A stretch of 64,000 bases of DNA, from assembly GCA_002483085.1 (NCBI GenBank), contig DLHF01000073.1, forward strand, positions 10,703 to 74,702, in the 5' to 3' direction. This DNA is from Ignavibacteria bacterium UBA7675. GTDB lineage: Bacteria; Bacteroidota; Ignavibacteria; Kapaibacteriales; UB7675. A program made the position numbers and the translations under genes. The notes beneath the pieces were generated by a model. It was not told the origin of the DNA. It saw only the letters and a list, made by a program, of their open reading frames with translations, and searched no databases. Shown piece after piece: positions 60,976 to 64,000 of this stretch (positions are counted from its first letter, which is position 1; each line of letters starts with the position of its first letter).

Positions 60976-62211
60976 CTACTCTTTCAGGTTTATCGCCGAG
61001 CCATCGCGCAGTGTTTCCGAGGGGTTGAGCACAACCTGATCGCCTGCGGCAAGCCCCTGTTTTACTTCGGCAAAGCCTTCGCTTTTTTCTCCAAGTGTTA
61101 CTTGTACACTTCGCACTTTTTCACCGTCGATGCGGAATACTGTCAGCGCGTTGTTGCGCATTGCTACAGCCGCCATAGGTACCATAAGCCGGGGCGGGGC
61201 ACTTGTCTGCGACTGGTCGGTATCTGGCTTCAGGAATAGAACTTTGGCGCTCATTTCAGGTAATACCCGTTCGTCGCGCTCGGCAAAGCGAATCTTGATT
61301 TGCACTGTAGCTTTAGCGCGGTCGGCTGTGGGAATAATTTTGTGAACATTTGCTCTGTAGCGTTTATCGGGATAAGCATCCAGCGATACTTCGCAGGGCT
61401 GGTCGGGCAAAATACGCTCAATATTCGACTCCGATACATCGGCTTCTACTTCCAACGAGCTCATATCGGCAATTGTCGCTACCGCCCCGCGCGATCCCGC
61501 CGCAGCCCCAAGCGATGTAATTACCTCGCCGACATTGGCGTTCTTCGTGAGCACTGTCCCGTCGAATGGAGCACGAATAATCGTGTTCTCAAGCTGTACC
61601 TGCGCCACGCGGATATTCGCTTCGGCAACACCAACGGCGGCCTTGCGCGAGGCGAGCTGTGCCTGTGCGCGGTTGAGCCGAAGCTGGGCTGCGTCTAATG
61701 CAGCCTGTGTAGCCGAACCCGTGCTCAACAACTTCAACTGCCGGTCGTAGCTGATTTTCGCATCGTTCAGCTCGGCTTGGACATCCTCCACATCCGCTTT
61801 TGCTACTGCAAGCGAAGCGCGAAGCTGAGCCAGCGACGCTTCAATGTCGTCGCTTTCAATGCGGCCTATAATCTGCCCAGCTTTTACATTGTCGCCCTCG
61901 ATAATATACAGGTTGGTCAGTCGACCTGTTGCTTTCGATGATACAGAAGCCTGGCGCTCGGCCACCACATAGCCGCTAGCTGTCAGTACAGCGCCAGCCT
62001 GTGCTGGCGATATAAGCGATACCACCGCCACATCCACTTCTTCGCTGCTTCTAAATAGTGTGTCGCCAAGCAGCACATACCCCACCACCCCTGCTATCAC
62101 CACGAGAACCAGCGTAATAATCAGTCCCCGCTTCGATCCGCCGGTCTCAGGCTGCGAATTTCGGTTGATGCGCAAGGATGATAAATCGGCATTACGTACT
62201 TCTGATGTCAT
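60976..62211 (-). CDS. Efflux periplasmic adaptor subunit (HlyD / MFP family)
   Basis: An N-terminal transmembrane anchor, a coiled-coil hairpin (...AQLRLNRAQAQLASRKAAVGVAEANIRVAQVQLENTIIRAPFDG...) and a beta-barrel / MP domain. Confidence 0.8.
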   Translation of the reverse strand: MTSEVRNADLSSLRINRNSQPETGGSKRGLIITLVLVVIAGVVGYVLLGDTLFRSSEEVDVAVVSLISPAQAGAVLTASGYVVAERQASVSSKATGRLTNLYIIEGDNVKAGQIIGRIESDDIEASLAQLRASLAVAKADVEDVQAELNDAKISYDRQLKLLSTGSATQAALDAAQLRLNRAQAQLASRKAAVGVAEANIRVAQVQLENTIIRAPFDGTVLTKNANVGEVITSLGAAAGSRGAVATIADMSSLEVEADVSESNIERILPDQPCEVSLDAYPDKRYRANVHKIIPTADRAKATVQIKIRFAERDERVLPEMSAKVLFLKPDTDQSQTSAPPRLMVPMAAVAMRNNALTVFRIDGEKVRSVQVTLGEKSEGFAEVKQGLAAGDQVVLNPSETLRDGSAINLKE

Positions 62212-62589
62212 AATTCACTCTTTCGGTATAGATAAAGACAGTGTTTAGAGCCATCGCCCATATAAGCACCGCTAGGTTTCCATGTATCGGTACAGTCACA
62301 AACACCGAAATTACACGCTCTTTTTCTTACAACCAACACTCTATTCATTTGGCGGCTCTCATTGTCCATTTTGGATAAGAACTGTCGCTATTATCAGCAA
62401 TACCTACCACCATTGCAACGAAATCGCCACGAATACCGCAAATATAAAACGGATTCGATACAATTACAATGACAATCTACTGATGTATATGTTTAGCGAA
62501 TTGGTCAAAAATACAGAGCTCATCGGCTGGCAAAGCATATACGCACTTTTTGCAAATAGATTCATTATACCCTATCTCGGTGGTGATCA

Positions 62590-62783
62590 GCGCGCTTCTG
62601 CCTCCGCCCATACGCTTGGCCTCCGCACCGCGCTGCACACCCGCCTCGTGGCTACCCGTTCCGTCCTTCGCCTCTTATTTTCCTGCAAATGCTCTGCAAA
62701 GCGCACGGCGTTTGGCCAACCGCAAAGCGGCTCGTGCGACCGGTGACAGCGACCAGACGGGCGCCACAGCGACGCCCGTGCCA
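62590..62783 (+). repeat. Composite intergenic repeat copy C (motif-1 GCGCTTCTGCCTCCGCCC...CCTCCGCACCGCGCTGCACACCCGCCTCGTGGCT..., then ...AGCGGCTCGTGCGACCGGTGACAGCGACC-agacgggcgccacagcg-ACGCCCGTGCCAC)
   Basis: A full-length reference copy of the composite element. Confidence 0.5.
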
Positions 62784-62846
62784 CTCGTTGCTCTGTGATG
62801 ATACTCGCCTTTCTATCAGCTTCCTATTTTTCCATCGTCGTAGTTA

Positions 62847-63971
62847 TCACTGCTCTACTCTTTTGCCCCCTACAATTCGCCGCGCTTTCTCTTGGCCAAA
62901 CCATGTGTATTTTCCAGAAGGAGTCACCTGGACACACAGGTAATCGGAACGATCCTCGCCATACAGAACGATGGCATCCCGGAGCCAGAGAGTGTAGTTG
63001 GAATACCAACTGCTTCTACCTGAAAACGCAACTGGCATCTCCCACCATCTGCTGCGGCCATCTACAAGCATAAACTCGCTAAATGTAATACCGTCCTCTG
63101 CATCCCCATCTCGATACAAAATACAGAAACTACTGTCTGTTACGTGATAAGAAGAGTAGTGTCCAGCGACAACGGTCGTTTCGTCCATCATGATGGAGCT
63201 TTGCCATTGGACTGCCCCATTGGCTGCAATCTTTACTATTACTATTGAACCAGTCTCTGTAACAGCGGTACTGGGTGCAGGTGGAGCAACTGGTACAGGC
63301 AGAGCCACCCGTGCAGATGGAACAGGTGAAGAAACAGGGGCGGTTGGAATAGTAACCATTCTAAAGGGGACGTGTGGAATTGGAGGAGATGGAATGTGTG
63401 GAAGCATGGGCATGTCGGAGACATTGTAATTAACAGTTTTCTCAAGCACCAGCAGTGTTTCTCCTGTAGGAAGAGTAAGGCAACGCGATACTCGAAAATT
63501 CTTCATATTTGCGTCTATCAGATACTCACGGGTCTCATCATCAAACAGGAGTGTATCGTTGAAGACAAAAGATTTACTCCGAAAATCAAGCTTGCTGACG
63601 GCCACAGACATCAGATTTTTCCCGTTACAATAAGGCCAGGCAACGAGCACCGTATCACCGGCAAGGGTCTGTATCGAAGGTATCTGTGGTTCGAGGGTGT
63701 ACACCTCCCACTCTTGTGGCGAATATAGCCCGGGAAACCAAGCTGTTAATGTATCGCTGCGGTTCTGTGACATATCAAGCCGGACAACCGACTGCTGTAC
63801 CACAGCATCCGATTGTGTCCGGGAAAATGTATAGAACACGTTGCCGCTATTACTCACTGCCAGTTCGGGCTTGTAATCGTCTGCATAGTCTTCGGACACA
63901 ACAATGCCGACCTTTGTTTTCTGTATTTGCTTCATATCAGCGCTTACAACAAACAGCTCTGCATTCCACAC
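62847..63971 (-). CDS. Hypothetical protein with a Pro-rich internal linker (the N-terminus may extend beyond the right window edge)
   Basis: 374-aa ORF with an internal PSPPIPHVPF...PVPVAPPAPS linker. The reading frame is still open at the window end. Confidence 0.45.
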   Translation of the reverse strand: MWNAELFVVSADMKQIQKTKVGIVVSEDYADDYKPELAVSNSGNVFYTFSRTQSDAVVQQSVVRLDMSQNRSDTLTAWFPGLYSPQEWEVYTLEPQIPSIQTLAGDTVLVAWPYCNGKNLMSVAVSKLDFRSKSFVFNDTLLFDDETREYLIDANMKNFRVSRCLTLPTGETLLVLEKTVNYNVSDMPMLPHIPSPPIPHVPFRMVTIPTAPVSSPVPSARVALPVPVAPPAPSTAVTETGSIVIVKIAANGAVQWQSSIMMDETTVVAGHYSSYHVTDSSFCILYRDGDAEDGITFSEFMLVDGRSRWWEMPVAFSGRSSWYSNYTLWLRDAIVLYGEDRSDYLCVQVTPSGKYTWFGQEKARRIVGGKRVEQ

Positions 63972-64000
63972 CTCCTCATCCTCACCAGCGTCCTTGTAGT

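Noticed and set aside
62282-62746. 154-aa plus-strand ORF between the efflux operon and the last gene
   Set aside because: It runs through repeat copy C, has an H/R/Y-rich composition and no recognisable features.

Overview
This is a 64-kb chromosomal window, roughly 55% GC, from a Gram-negative bacterium that combines T9SS cargo proteins (Por-type C-terminal sorting domains) with a classical flagellar system. That pattern points to the FCB group (Bacteroidota, Rhodothermota or Ignavibacteriota-like), but no species can be assigned from sequence alone. I found no tRNA, rRNA, CRISPR array, integrase or transposase, so the region looks like core or adaptive chromosome rather than a mobile island.

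Content from 5' to 3':
- Tandem DUF4139 paralogs (1..1899, minus strand), the first running off the left edge.
- A surface module: a two-domain OmpA-family outer-membrane protein followed by two giant T9SS-sorted multi-repeat proteins (1474 aa and about 1525 aa), with a ferritin and a lipoprotein between them.
- A CNNM (DUF21/CBS) membrane protein, a lipoprotein, a stand-alone REC response regulator, and translationally coupled bshC-ligA.
- A 775-bp gap, then an ECF sigma factor, a putative anti-sigma factor and a lipoprotein.
- A DNA photolyase, a previously uncalled 49-aa lmo0937-family membrane peptide, and a DUF892 ferritin-like protein.
- An M1 metallopeptidase, an alpha/beta hydrolase and a GAF-PP2C phosphatase.
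- A flagellar rod / ring / hook-associated block: FlhB-C-like, flgF, flgG, flgA, flgH, flgI, an flgJ with a rod-binding domain fused to an SLT domain, flgN-like, flgK, flgL, then motA with no motB.
- An EamA-family protein, sucC, and a phnDCE-type ABC importer.
- Another T9SS cargo protein, dnaE, an orphan beta-class DNA methyltransferase, and a MacAB-type efflux operon (adaptor, ATPase, two FtsX permeases).

The most distinctive sequence-level signal is a two-part intergenic repeat family found at at least 12 loci (six motif-1-only, two motif-2-only, three composites and one fragment). Motif-1 has the core 'TCTCYGCACCGCGCWGCAC...CGTGGCT'. Motif-2 is 'GCGACCGGTGACAGCGAC-[variable]-ACGCCCGTGCCAC'. 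The two parts occur as a composite about 200 nt long at three loci, and the copies are strongly biased to one orientation.

All coordinates that I derived by hand (internal starts, hairpins, repeats) may be off by 1-2 nt. ORF-track coordinates were taken as given.
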